Below are positions 25,525 through 39,321 of a DNA stretch of 64,000 nucleotides, in pieces. Under the pieces are notes generated by a model. It was given only the letters and a program-made list of their open reading frames with translations. It ran no database searches and had not been told where the DNA came from. The stretch lies in NCBI GenBank assembly GCA_025786725.1, contig JAHLTZ010000002.1, positions 496,001 to 560,000 on the forward strand, given 5' to 3'. Position numbers and translations under genes: made by a program. This stretch comes from Syncephalis fuscata S228 (Eukaryota > Fungi > Zoopagomycota). Numbering within the stretch: the first letter of the stretch is position 1; each line of letters begins with the position of its first letter.

Positions 25525-27003
25525 TTAATACTTCTTGCAACGACGGCCCTTAGATCCGGAGATCTCAAGCATATTGAGCTGGTTAAGGAGCTCACCAGCA
25601 TCCATACGCTCATTTGGGTCGATGCGCAACAAAGCATCAATGGCCATCTTCTGCCATGGCTCAGTGTAGCCTTCGACAAAGTTCTTACGATACTTGGCAA
25701 ACCAGGCATAGCCGGCATCGGCAGCATCCGCACGCCACCAGACAAAGCTTTTGTGGGTCATGGCCACGAGCAGAATGCCCAATGCCCATAGATCCGCCTT
25801 GAATGGATTGTAGCCAGCGTCGGTATAGGCGGCCTCAGGAGCAGTGCCGCTCATATCGGTCGATGGATCAGCAGTGCACAATGGATTACCGCCCTTGACC
25901 ATCGTCATCCACCATTGTAGAGAGCGCCAGGCCTCTGGAGGCACGTATGGGTCGCTGCCATAGACGCCGAAGCAAAGAGACTTTTCAACGGCATCGGCAT
26001 TTGGCGCTACACGAATGGCGTTACCAAGATCAATAATCTTGATTTGGTCGTCGCGATCAATGCAGATGTTCTCCAGCTTGAGATCACGATGGGCAATACC
26101 ACGTGAGTGCATGTAAGCAACTGCTCTAAGTAATTGGCAGAAGAGCTCACGGGTCTCGTTGCTCGACATGTTACGCTCAACGGCGGAGAACAGGTCGCCC
26201 GAGTAGCACTCGGTAATCAGAAGCTTAACCGTGTAGTCATTGGTGTTCTTTTTAGAAAAGGTAAGCGTATCGCGCGAGTTGACTGGAGCATGCTCCGAGT
26301 CAATCTTCTCTGGAAGCTCAACAACATCGAGAACATTCATAATGTTAGGATGATTAAGCATGCAAAGTAGTTGAATTTCGGCATCAACCTTGTTAGCACG
26401 ATGCTTGAGCGATTCGCCAATACGAGCTGGGGCAAATCGCTTAACGGCTACAGGAATGCCGTCGCTTTTGCGGCGATAAAGTGTCACGGCACCACCGCTG
26501 CCACTGCCGAGTGGGCGACCAGCCGGCAAGTATACATGGCCAGTGGGAAGTGGCATATCAATTTTGGCCAATGATTTGTAAGCCAAGGGAGCCGTTTGAG
26601 CAACATAGCGGGTCGCTGTACGACGAATTACTTTGTCAACAGCTGGAAATTCATGCTTGATTATAGCAGCATTACGATGAGTGATGGATTTTCTACGTGG
26701 TCGGTAGATAAATTCAACTTCAATCGATGTATCTAGCATGTCGCTATCCTCATCTTCTTCATAGAACGACGAATCCTCTGATTCGCTCAATGGATATGCG
26801 TCAATGTGAGTTAGACAGCTCATAACCGTGTTCGATCGAGAATCCAACTCCATTTGGTTCATTTGTGTGTGACTGTGCATAAGTGGTGTTTTTTGCTCTT
26901 GTTCAAACATGGGGCATGCCTGACTTTTACGTGGAGAAGGGGAGTACACACCCATGGTGGGCGTGTTAATGTATGAGGCGTAGGTAATATCGGATGTAGA
27001 CAT
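25525..27003 (-). CDS. Ser/Thr protein kinase, fungal HAL/NPR (Hrk1/Ptk/Npr1-like) family
   Basis: LGSGSGGAVTL, VAVKRF, AHRDLKLEN, IIDLG, YGSDPYVPPE, ADLWALG and FVWWRA motifs; intronless. Confidence 0.88.
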   Translation of the reverse strand: MSTSDITYASYINTPTMGVYSPSPRKSQACPMFEQEQKTPLMHSHTQMNQMELDSRSNTVMSCLTHIDAYPLSESEDSSFYEEDEDSDMLDTSIEVEFIYRPRRKSITHRNAAIIKHEFPAVDKVIRRTATRYVAQTAPLAYKSLAKIDMPLPTGHVYLPAGRPLGSGSGGAVTLYRRKSDGIPVAVKRFAPARIGESLKHRANKVDAEIQLLCMLNHPNIMNVLDVVELPEKIDSEHAPVNSRDTLTFSKKNTNDYTVKLLITECYSGDLFSAVERNMSSNETRELFCQLLRAVAYMHSRGIAHRDLKLENICIDRDDQIKIIDLGNAIRVAPNADAVEKSLCFGVYGSDPYVPPEAWRSLQWWMTMVKGGNPLCTADPSTDMSGTAPEAAYTDAGYNPFKADLWALGILLVAMTHKSFVWWRADAADAGYAWFAKYRKNFVEGYTEPWQKMAIDALLRIDPNERMDAGELLNQLNMLEISGSKGRRCKKY

Positions 27004-28234
27004 GTTTGAATGGAAAGTGTAATAAAGGCAAGTAGTAGTGTTAATATGTGTGCGTGTGCTAAAAACAGTGAATAAACTATTGGTCTTTCAGACTATCAAA
27101 GCCTTTGGTTTAATGGATGAGATTGGGGAAAAGTGCAAGTAAAAGCGTTCTTATAAAAGTAGTAGATGGCAAAAAAATGTGCGTAGCACCAGTGCTATAG
27201 CTAGATTACTTGATTGAAATGCAGGGTCAAGGATACGAATAGTGGTGAGGGTGATTTGTAAATGTGGACTGCTGGACTAAAACCAACTGCAATATAAGCA
27301 AATGTGACCACAGGCGAACCCAAGGATGAGGGAGGTGCTAAGGTTTTAGCATAACCATTTGAGAAACATCTCAATTTCTTTCTAGTAGTCAGGGAAGTTC
27401 GAATCGATGAACAAACCTGTATTGATTCAAAAGAACAGTATCGCGAACAAGGGCAAGGAGGGGTGCTGTCACAAAAAAATCCGGTCAGCACATGAGGAGT
27501 CACACGGTTGATTATATCGAATAACATACTTCTAACCAGTTGCCGCACTAATCAAGTCAAGCAAAGCAAAAAACAAGCAGAAGCAAACGGAACAATGTCA
27601 CAAACTAACCCGTGTATCATAGAACGCATTACTCAAAATAGTATCATTTTTGGATTGTTGTTAATGCACATTAGCAATGCAGTGTTTTAGTGTCATCGCT
27701 AAGACCATTTTTGACATACTCTATTGGTTCTACAGAAAATAGAATCTAAATATGATATTGCTGAAACAAGACTACTAATGTGAAGCAGTAACAAAATACG
27801 TCAACGAAACTAAAAATGCTAAACGATATATATCATGGGCCTTTACATGGTGATTGTCAGCCCTTAACGGATCGTTGATACGTATGCTTGTTTTTTAAAC
27901 ATGACAGTTTATTGCCTGAAAAACAAAGAACTCGGTTCAGCAACAACAATGAAGTGGTATCATTTGCTGCTTAGGCCTTTCAGACAATGAAAAGGTACGT
28001 CTATAATCAGTAACGTAGACTGTTAGCGTCTAATAAAATTACTATTGCTAAACTGGGTGGAAGTAGAAAATAGAAATTACCAACTAATTATAGACTCAGT
28101 CTAGATTGGATGCAACCAGTATCCAGCATGGTGAAACACAGCTTTGCTGCACATATCCCATTTGTTTCCAAACCAAATAGTATAGCATACAGCTCATTAG
28201 GACAGCGTTTCTCGGTAAACAAGTTGTAGATAAT

Positions 28235-30733
28235 ATGGTATGCCCTCCCCTTCTTTTTGTAGAGCGTCAGCTAGAACTCTTAGAAAAAGAACGTGAAGAG
28301 GAGTTGGCCCAAACAAGCTTGCTGCGTACGTGTCGTTCACCGCAAGACTTGCAACGACATGGCTTTGCACTTCTCGCCTTGCAAGTTGTTGGGTCACGTA
28401 CTGGACTTGGCGGCAAGTGGTTAGTGTTAATAGCTTTTCAGTTTATTGTTTTTTAATAAAGTATCCAAGTTTACTCGAACTAGCGCCAGCCATTACTGGC
28501 GGTAGCTTTCCGCCCCATCGGATGCGGACGGGAGATGTAGCTATGGTAGAACGGGGTGATGGCGCAGGAAATGCTTCAGATAGCGTTTCCGGCGTCATTT
28601 GGAGACTGTCAGATACCAAAATTACAGTAGCACTTGAAACAGAACTGCCCGATGGCTGGGGGGATCGTTGTCGTATGTAAGTTTGAATTATACCAATATA
28701 TTTTATTTGCAAATAGCTGAATATGATGAAATAGAATTCAAGGAGTCAATGACATAACTTACGAACGGTAGCTACTAGCGATCACATGACAAACTGGTTA
28801 CTAATCTACATATTAGTATGCGGCGTGGTCTGCAGCGTCTAAGGCGCCGCCTTGAAGAAAATGATCCATCGTCGCTATTAGACGTTTTGCTGCGTGGCCA
28901 AACGCCACGTTTTGATTATAGAGTGAAAGTAGACCGTTGGCTTGATAGTTCGCTTAACAAGTCGCAACGGGCTGCAGTGGAATTGGCCATTTCAGCTGAT
29001 AATCTAGCTTTAGTACATGGACCTCCTGGCACTGGCAAAACCTATACCCTTACGGAGATTATTCGACAGTTTGTGATGCGAAAGAAGCGTGTTTTAGTTT
29101 GTGGTCCATCAAATATATCTGTTGGTAAGTATTGCATGGTATTGGTTTGTTAGAGATCACTCTCCCATTTACTAAACAGAGTATCAATGTAGACAATTTA
29201 GCAGAGCGCTTAGCACCCCATGGTATACCCATGATTCGATTGGGACATCCAGCACGTGCATTGCCATCAATTGTTGAGCACACACTTGACGCTCAAACAC
29301 GTATATCGGATAGTGGTGCGGTATTACAAGATGTGCGCCGTGATATGGATGCAGCATTGGCTCGTTTGCCACGTTGTAAAAAAGGTAGTGAACGACGAAG
29401 TATCTACGGCGAATTAAGACAATTGCGCAAAGAATACCGTCGTCGTGAAGCAAAACTTGTGACGGAATTAATGAGCAATGCTTCTGTGGTTATTAGTACA
29501 TTAAGCGGGTAAATATAATTAATAGCGTGTTTATTAGTAGCTTAAAAATGTTTAGAGCCGATAGTCGCAGATTACAAGGTCAAGCATTTGATGTTGTAGT
29601 CATTGATGAAGCAGCACAAGCACTTGAAGGTAATAACATTTTAATAGTTTATTTTTATTAAATTTAATTTGTAACATTATTTTAGCGGTAAATTACATAA
29701 AGTGTAATTACATTGATTTAATAATTAAACTTATAGGAATGCTGGATTGCAATTAATCGAGCCAACTGTGTTATTTTAGTAAGTAATATTTATTTATTCT
29801 ACGCACGGCACAATTGACACAATTCAGGCTGGTGATCATCAACAATTACCGCCTACGGTGCTATCTAGCAAACGTATTAATAGTGATAATACAACAATAG
29901 CAGCAAGTAAAGATCCGAATGTATTCACGTTGGATATCACACTATTTGATCGAATGCTAGCTCGACATGGTGATGCTATCAAACGAACATTGCTGGTGCA
30001 ATATCGAATGCACACTGATATTATGACATTTCCTTCCCTTCATTTTTATGCTAACCAATTAACGGCAGATGACTCGGTTTCTAGTCGATTACTTTCAGAT
30101 CTTCCGGGTGTTGATGATACAGATGATACGACGATTCCACTTTTATGGATTGATACAGCTGATCGTGGCTGGATGGAGCAAGTAGAGGTAGATGCGCGTG
30201 GTGAACCCGGTGATAGTCGATTAAATCCAGGTGAAGCGGCCCAGGTTATACGTCATGTAAAGCAGCTTATAGAAGCGGGCATTTCATCGGATAACATAGC
30301 TGTCATTACGCCGTATAATGCACAAGTGGCTTATTTACGCGATAGATTACGTGAGTCCTATCCACTTTTAGAAATTGGATCAGGTGAGTAAACTTATTAA
30401 CACTATAATTATTGTTATTAATAATAATTAGTGGATGGATTTCAAGGTCGAGAAAAAGGCAAGTATTGTTATATTAAATTAAATCAATTACAACGGCGAC
30501 TAATTGTAATTGTAGAGGCTATTATCTTTTCACTTGTACGATCAAACGATACAGGTGAGATTGGATTTCTGGCAGACCGTCGCCGTACAAATGTAGCCAT
30601 TACTCGGCCACGTCGACATCTTTGTGTTATTGGCGATAGTGAAACAGTTGGCAAGTCAGATACTTTTTATCAAAAATGGTATGAATGGATGACCGATAAT
30701 GCGGAAATCCGTTATGCAGAAGATGAAGATTAA
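28235..30733 (+). CDS. HCS1: SF1B helicase SMUBP-2 / IGHMBP2 / Hcs1 (start codon approximate)
   Basis: [14 protein letters not shown]-terminus, Walker [61 protein letters not shown] and NVAITRPRR. Many short introns, including a GC-AG intron (30459-30515) and a 2-nt exon (29686-29687). Confidence 0.95.
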
Positions 30734-30918
30734 ACATATTTGTTGTATGTTTATAATTGCATGAATATAATAAAATAACGAATACTATTAATATTACATA
30801 CATTAAAATGAAGTTAATTCTACCTGCTTTTATTTAAAGGAATTAGAAAAATAAACCGTTTTTTAAATTTATTAAATTTATTTAATAAATAAAATTATTT
30901 TTTTATTTGCCCCACACT

Positions 30919-31719
30919 TCATTGTTTGTATTGTATTTTTTGAGTTGCATTTACCACGAGTATATCGTTGAAAGTATTTTAAGAAATAAAACACAATTGG
31001 CATTGCTGTTAATATTGCTAAAATTACCTAAACTACGTAAATAAGCGGTTTTAAATTAAAAATTGTTGCATTCATCGTAATTAACTTTTTCCCCATCTGG
31101 GATTTTTAGCTTTGTAGCTTTTATTATTCAATAATATTTATTATTAAATTGATATTAAAACATTTGACTAAGCTACTATTTCTATTTCTATTTCTTTTTC
31201 TCTTTTAATTACATGGTCAATGTTACATCATTCTATTACTGGTATTGTAACAATGTCATTTTTTTATTAAATCAAAAGCAAATCAAGCTTTGTAATAAAA
31301 AATAATAACATCCATTAAGCTATTACAGTTGTTAATGTACATTAAATAAGCATATATGTACTTAATACCTTTATTTGTACATATTTTGATTTTACACTTG
31401 AGAATGTAGCAACATCGTTTGTAATAGATTTAGTAACATATCTAATAGTATCATTACCAGAATTATATGAACAGCCATTAAAATGCTTAGTATTACATTA
31501 AGTAGTTTTTACTAAGCCAGTTTTCTGCTTTCTGGCAGTCAAAACAAACTGATACTTGTTGCTAGAACGGTCTTCATGAAGACAAACAAGCTGTAATCTT
31601 GTTGAATCGCTATTTTTCTTCTTAAAATTGCAACTGTTAACAAGCTTAAACTTGTCAACAGCAATTCTCAGTTTTGCAATACTGTTAAATATAGCTTCTT
31701 TAAATAGTTTGCTAGACAT
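30919..31719 (-). pseudogene. Decayed Mutator-like (MULE) transposase remnant
   Basis: FNSIAKLRIAV...FKKKNSDSTRLQLVC...YQFVLTARK...(stop)CNTKH resembles the MuDR/FAR1 N-terminal zinc-binding domain. Downstream PDG...DECNNF*FKTAY and FNDILVVNATQK (30937-30972) resemble the lead-in and first-Asp motif of the MULE DDE core. Multiple stops and frameshifts. Confidence 0.6.
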
Positions 31720-31840
31720 TTGGTAGATTTTTTAAAACGATGTATTTTTCTAAATTTCCCTTTTATTTAAACTGTATATTACATAACTAAAATCTTTTAA
31801 ATACAAAGCACAAATGATTAATTTAATTATCAGTATTAAT

Positions 31841-33630
31841 CTATTTATGATCTGTTCCTGGATTTTGACGATCCAAATATGTTTCGTATTTTTCTTGTTC
31901 CTTTTCTTCTGCCATATCCATCTCATATCTTTGGTCTTCCCAGTCACTAAATGGTGTATTTATGTCATCAATACTCATAAACAATTCTTCCTCTTCTTCA
32001 CCGTTGTTTTCATCATTATCTTCTTCGCTGTTACCATCATTACTTGTTACGGTTTCCGTATGATCATCCAGACTATTAGTTTGATTATCTAACAGTTCGA
32101 GGTCAACCCATCGCGGCTGTTTTTCTATTCTCAACCCCGCGTCTTCTACATCGAATGTTGCATCTTCTTCATTTGAATCAGAACTACTGATATTCTCTAT
32201 AGAATATTCGCTGCGCAGCTGCCTATCAAGTCGATTAAGAAGTTTCCGTCGATTCAATGGTTCGCCGCGTAATTCTAAAACCGTCTTGATTGTTTCGCAA
32301 TTAATCTAAATAAAATGTTAAATTTATTAAGCTATCTATCCAGTTTAGTTACCTTTAAAGTAGGTGGCGTATCCTCAGAGTAGTTATACTGTTTCTCACA
32401 CTCCATAGCAACAATATGAGCTATTAACTTAGTCAACCAACGACGCAAGTCTGTGTAAAGAGTGAGAAACGTGTCATATCCAATGGATACTTGCTGTTCC
32501 AAATGATCTCGGAAAAATACACTTTACAATAAACATCAGCCTATTGCCATTAAATCTAAAGTGTTTATTACTTACTTTTGGCTAAGCTCTAAAGCATGTC
32601 GTAAATGAAACAGCTCAATTGCCATCAATGCCTTTGTACGGGCCATTTGTCTTGTTATACCTTTTGTTTTATTGACAGTACTACTTGCTGATCCAGTTGG
32701 CGTGGATGTGCCATAAGATGATGAATCTGACGTGGCTAATTTAACATAATTATAAATCTATTAATTAAATACAACTATCGCACTCACTTGAATCTACTGG
32801 ATTATTAAAGTATTCATAAAATTGATCATATTCATTCATGGCTTGTTGGTAGCTTTTATCATCTTGCCATGCACTCAGCTCCGACTGTCTTTCTTCTTTA
32901 TGGATTTGCTGTACGGAAGAGCATCGTGCCGTGGGATGTTCATACAATACTATGGGCGGTAAATGTGTTTGATACGACTGTCTAAGATCTATTGACACGT
33001 TAGTTTATATCGATACGCAATAACAACCTACTATTGCGCAACTCGCTCATTGCTCTACGTATATTCGCCAAGTATCCAGCACATTCTACTGTACTCTTCC
33101 CTGATACACCATCTGATAAACGAGTTAAGTTATGAAGGCCATGTCGTGCTATAGAACGAAATAATTGTTCTTTTTGCTGTGCCGTCCATTCAGCGCCGTA
33201 ATGAACCGACGATTCTAACTGGCGTATAAATAGCTTTTTAAAAGGCCATACCGTCATTTCATCGTCATCATCGCATATATCATCAATATACATTTGTGGG
33301 TCATGTCTATTATGTATTCTCGGCAATGATCCATCCGATTTTAACGGCTGACCAATAATTTCTATTCATAGTATCAATTGGACGTTTTATTGATTAGTGC
33401 CGTTTGTATTTTTAGTCTTTAATAGTGGAATGCCAAAGCCTTTTGTCTGCTATGTAGCCTTTCACGTCATTTTGACACTTACTTTGACGATTCTCGACAT
33501 TTTGTAGTAAACTACTCGACCTGGCTTGTATAGCATTGCGTGTCCGCTTTGTTATTGGCTCGTATACCTCGGCATAAGCAGCTGCTGAGCGTCTTACTCG
33601 TTTCCTGCTTGTGTTGCATTCGTCCTCCAT
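31841..33630 (-). CDS. RRN5: RNA polymerase I upstream activation factor subunit Rrn5-like (SANT/Myb plus histone-fold-like region)
   Basis: WTAQQKEQLFRSIARHG...GKSTVECAGYL SANT motif; later LFHLRHALELS, TLYTDLRRWLTKLI and INCETIKTVL; acidic tail; five GT-AG introns. Confidence 0.72.
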
Positions 33631-34492
33631 TCAGATACAATTTATTGAAATAAAAACAAACAAAAAAACAACAACGACCGCAGACAATAAAGCCGACTTG
33701 ACAGTCGTTAAAAAAACAAAAAGAAATAAAAACAATAATTTAACTAAAAATGGTCTAATAAAATAGTGGCAAATTACAATCAATCTATTGTTTCCATGTC
33801 TATCGGCCAGTTGCAACGAACTTGACCATAGCCAGCTTTATTCAAAATAGTAACGATTGTCTACTTTCTGTAACGCCAAGTATTCTGAGTCACCATAATC
33901 AACACTTTGCTATTACAATCATGGTGTTGTCAATGCTGCTTGATAAAATCATATGTCGACCTTGAAGGCTCCCCTTATCCATAATCAATGTACTGATATA
34001 ATGTAATTACTCTACTATGAATGTATGGATATTTGTAGGTGTGTGCACATGTGTATGTGTGTGTGTGTGTGAGTTAAGTGAATAGATGTGTGAAGTACAA
34101 GTGTGACCTTTTACTTTCTCTCCTTCCTTCAATTACTACAACCGACTTTTACCACCACCACCACCACCAATCCCTATCACTTCACTATCACATTACCACT
34201 GTTCTTGCCATAAGACGTTACTCTTTGTTATTTGAATTTTTGTTGAAAGAATAACCACTAAAACAATAATACGATTTGTACGGCAACTGTATTCTTTATT
34301 GTTGATTCAAAGGCAGGTGCGATTGCTATTAAGACGTATTAAAAAGCGACAACCTTAATAGCAAAGCACCGTTGATGCTTACTAACCAAGCCAATTCATT
34401 GTCGTCATTATCAACTATTTGCCATCACCATAGGCGAGTTGACAACCTTGTTTACAGCTTGCTTGGCCTAGATTCTGGATTGTTATTTAATT

Positions 34493-37400
34493 ATGTTTAC
34501 TGGAGGCGCGAATTACTCGAATGTGCATCCCACTGATCCGACCATTGCTGGTGGAGGCACTAATAGTGTAGCGGTCAGTCATGTACTTAACGAGGCAGCA
34601 GTACAGAATGAAACAGTACGTCAAAATTGCCAGAATCATCCATATTTATCTTCAAACAACAGTAAAAGCACCGGCAGTATTAGTAACCAGCCTATATTAA
34701 CACCACCACCATCATCTAGTCCACATCCCCATCAACAACATCTACAGCAAGTAAAGCAGCAGCAGCAGCAGCAGCAACAACATACACAAACTATGAACCA
34801 TGGCTATCGAAGAGTAAAGACTAGTTATCCACAAGGACCATCGGCACATCAAATTGATTCACAGCGTCGTCCTTCGCAATCAGTAGCACCGGCACATATT
34901 CCTGTATATTGGCGATCAAACGCTGCTGCACCATTACCATCGCCACAGAGCACAAACAGTGTTAATATACCACAGTATAACCAGACAACACGTCAGAATT
35001 ATCCCATATTTTCTGGTGGTCCTAATGGACATTCACCGACTTCACAACAGCCGCCACCTGCAACTATAGCCGTGCCAGCATCACAGTTAGCATATAAGTC
35101 GAATCAGCTACCACAGCAGACGCCGTTTGGCGTAACTTCACCACCACAACACATGTACACTGGGCCGCGTAGTGCTAGTCGGGGACGTGCTCCATTGCCA
35201 CGTGGATTCCATGTTCCATCAACAGATAGTTTTGGTGCACATGCAGCTCAGCATGACAACGGCCCGACTTCAGCTGATGCATCGAATACATCCTATCACA
35301 CGCCAAGTCTACGACAGCGTAGTCTAAGTACTGATGCTACTGCATCACGTATGCCATATTTACGTCCATTGGATGGTAATCGTGGTCGACCCAATATATC
35401 AGATAGTTCATTGGCTCGTGAAAATAACGACCAGCACGCTAAACTAGCTCAAATGCCGACTCGCGATATCCAGCTCTTGTTGAACGTCATCCATTGCCGC
35501 CACTGCCACCTTCCACCTTTTCTCCATCGAATTTAAATATAACCACTGCTAATAATACTACAGCAGACGATGAATGGCCACCTGGTTCATTTGGCCACTA
35601 TCCAATGCCGACAAGTAGTGCTAGTCGACAGTCAGGACGTAAATCACAACAACAGCAACAACAGCAGCGGCCAGTTACTCGTATATCTGCTTCAGCGAAT
35701 CAGTCACCAACTTTTTACCGGCTAATGTATCTGTTACAACTGCATTTGCCAACTGGAGTCATGGATCACGGAATTCAACACCGTCACCTTCTGGATCGCC
35801 TTCTTCTTCAGTGGTAAACAGTCCAGTAGATGGCCGATCGAATACTAATCGAGTTAATACATCTTATTCTGGCTCAATGGGTGCTAGATCGCCTAATCAT
35901 AGCAATGTACCTCCACCACGCCATAGTGGTCCAATGGCTACATTTGGACGTATTATGTCACGTAATAAACAACAGCAACAGCACAGCAGCAGCAACAACA
36001 ACAACAACAACAACAACAACAGCAACAACACAACAACAGCAGTCTATATTAAAGCCACATTCTAAAAATGCAGATTATAAAAATAAATCAATGCTAAAGT
36101 CGGTGGAATATATATGCATAACGATATGACCTTTTTTGGACCATTGGCCGACTTTTCAAAGATCGTTGGACATAGAACACAGTCGCCTAGCAAACTAAAG
36201 GTTAATACACAGACTAATCAGTCGAATGAACATCCCAGAAGACACTCAGTAAGTAGTGTTAATTATTATAATTAAATTGTTTATTAATCTATTAATTAAT
36301 CTACTATCTATTTATTTAGGACGCAGGACTAGCCCATCGATCTCAATTGACGGCTGAAATAATACCGGCCACGGTTGCTGAGGAAGGCGAGCTTACTGTT
36401 TCGCCGTGTGCACCATCTGCACCAGTAGAACGTACAATGGATTGGTCAGATTATGCTCTAGCAAATCATACACCTAAGCCGGCTAAAATAAAAACTGCCA
36501 TACGACAACGTTCTATGGGCGACTTTAAAGCAGCTAAAGAACTGCCGAATGAAGTAGAGGTTCGTCTAGTACTTGATCGTATTAACCGCCCATCGACTTC
36601 AAATACGCAGCATATTGCATCTCATGGACGTGCTGCATCTCATGGACGTGTTGCATTACCAGTAACTAATCCACCAAAACTACGTGACGCACTTGTAGCT
36701 GGCGCATCACCGCAAATTGTACACCAAACACATTCTGGCCATCACATTACGTTAAGCAACAACAATGGTACATCTAGCTCGAATAATAGTCGTGCAGCAC
36801 TGCGACAGGGACTTGTGGCTCCTACTACAACAATATTCAATTCATCGCCACATACAGCGGGAGAACAGCAACCGTATAGAGAGATAGGGGGCGATGTATC
36901 TCCGCTTATGGGTGCATTACCAGCACCTGTACCTGGGGCCTGGACAACACGTACACCACAGCCATCTTCACCGTCAAGAGATGCATCTGTAGCAGCTGCA
37001 CAAGCTTCCTCCGTACTCAAACTACCTGCAGCTATTACTCGGCCAAGCAATGATGGCATAGACAAGCCACAGGTGCCTGGGACCATAACAGCAACTGCAT
37101 CAACAAAAGTATCTGACATACCGGCGATAGATGCACCACAACACAATAGCAAGTCTAAAGAAACTGTTTATTATGGCAAAAATATTGCTAAACAAGTTAA
37201 AATTCGCCATGTCAATGTTCAACTGCCCATGCTTAATATGCAGGTATTAGATAAGCCAGCAAAGCCATCCGAGTTTCAATTTCCTATTCGCGCTACCGAG
37301 GCTGGTCCGCAAGCATTCATGCGTCGTCAGCCTACACTTCGGTCGGTACGTAGCGACGAAAGCTTAGTATCAAGAATTACACCAACAAATTCAATGGATA

Positions 37401-39271
37401 ATGGGTCACGTGATAACATGCTTGGCTGGAGTGCACACCCAGACAGTTTAGGCGCACAAGGACCGCCTATGGCCACCTTGAATTCAGGCATGTTCTGCAC
37501 TCAAACCGTCCGTGTTCCATCGATTCGTCGCACACCTTCGACCAGTAAACCAAATTCTCTATGGGCAAAAAAACCAAAACATCTACAAGCTACCCGTGTG
37601 CTTAGCTCATCGCCTGAACCAATGCCGGGCCAGCAACGTCTATTGAGCCAGCAAATAGCTCAGGCAGAACACTAATGCCATCCATAGGCGACCGAAACTC
37701 AATTGCCGAATCAATGGTCAAGCTACGTCCTTGGAATGAACGGCCATCTACTGACGAAATTTCTCAAAATCTTGACCGCTACTTTCCCGACCACGACTTG
37801 GATCGGCCTATTCTAGATCAAGTTGAAGAGGATGATGAAGGCGTGTCCGACGAAGATATAAGCACAGACGTTACACAGTCTGACATCAGTATTGATCATA
37901 TATCACATTCTTGGCAAGCTTCTGAAACCGGCAATAATAACAACAACACCAATAATAATAATAATAATAACAGTAGCAACGACGACGCTGCATCCACTAG
38001 TCCTTTAGTTTCCGCCCAATTAATACCAGACCATTCCGACGCTTCTCCACTATTGCAACAGCAACAGCTAAATCTACATCAATCGGGTTCTGTCTCATTC
38101 TCTAATGACATAAGCAGTAACGAAATGAATGATAGAATTCTTGATATGCCAGATGGCCAGTCTACAGCCATTCGTAGAGCACATTATAAACTTCGTCGTG
38201 TTATGAATCGTAAAAGCATTCGAGTTGTTGTTCAAGAAGCGCAACAACGGTCGCAAGCTGCATGGGTATCGCCAATAACACCGGTATTTGTTCCAATGTC
38301 CATAACAGCAGCTACCCAAGAGTCAGCCGAATCCGATAATGATAGCCAGTCATCGGGTGATGATTTGCCCAATCCAACACGACGTGCTACTCCCATTAGA
38401 CGGCGTAGTACAATGTTATGGGGATCTAGAGTGGCTGAGTTGCCAAAGAATGGCTCCAATCGTATTCGTCGACGGGATCGTGTCCGTCCAAGTAAGTATC
38501 TCTAATGCACATGTTGCTAAATAGACCTTACTAAACTTTGAATGAAATAGGATTGCCTGTTGCTTTACCTGAGGAAATGGGCAAACAAAGTAAGTTGACT
38601 TGTTTGGCATTAATAATAATAATAATAGATCGACTAACGATTACTGTACTATGTTTATGAATAGCTTCAAAGATTGTATGGGCCCGTGGAAAGCTTATTG
38701 GCAAAGGCAGCTTTGGCCGTGTGTTCATGGCGGTCAACGGTATGTGCGGTGATGTGATGGCTGTGAAACAGGTTGAAGTGCCGCAGATTCAATCTAAACG
38801 CCAGATGGAGAAGCAAGAGCAAATGGTAATATCATTATCGTTTAAATAGTCTATATTAAAATAGTGTACTAATTAAAATGGCTAATATAGATTCTAAAAC
38901 TATACGAAGAAATCAAACTAATGAAAGATTTGGATCATATTAATATTGTGCAATACTTGGGTAAGTGAATAGTTATTTACTTATTTATTATTCAACACCC
39001 ACACTTTCTCTAACATGACTTATAATTATTGTAATAATGTAATTAGGCTTTGAGGTCGATGCTCGTTATATAAACATCTTCCTTGAGTATATTCCAGGTG
39101 GCAGTATTCTTAGCATGGTACGAAAGATGGGATGTGGATTTCCTATGCCGGTAACCAGATCATTTGCTCGTCAAATTCTGTGTGGACTTAAATATCTACA
39201 TGAAAGCGGTATTGTTCACCGAGTAAGTGTTTATTTACTATTGTTTTAATAACATTAATACTAATATTACC

Positions 39272-39321
<50 letters not shown>

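Noticed and set aside
27226-27237. GTATCCTTG on the minus strand upstream of the HAL kinase, as a possible second U12 donor
   Set aside because: No matching U12 branch site or acceptor, and no exon evidence; it appears to lie in the promoter.
39274-39320. (TTA)n / (TAA)n tracts in introns (also near 2240, 39500, 54500, 62960)
   Set aside because: Ordinary microsatellites in AT-rich introns with no further structure.
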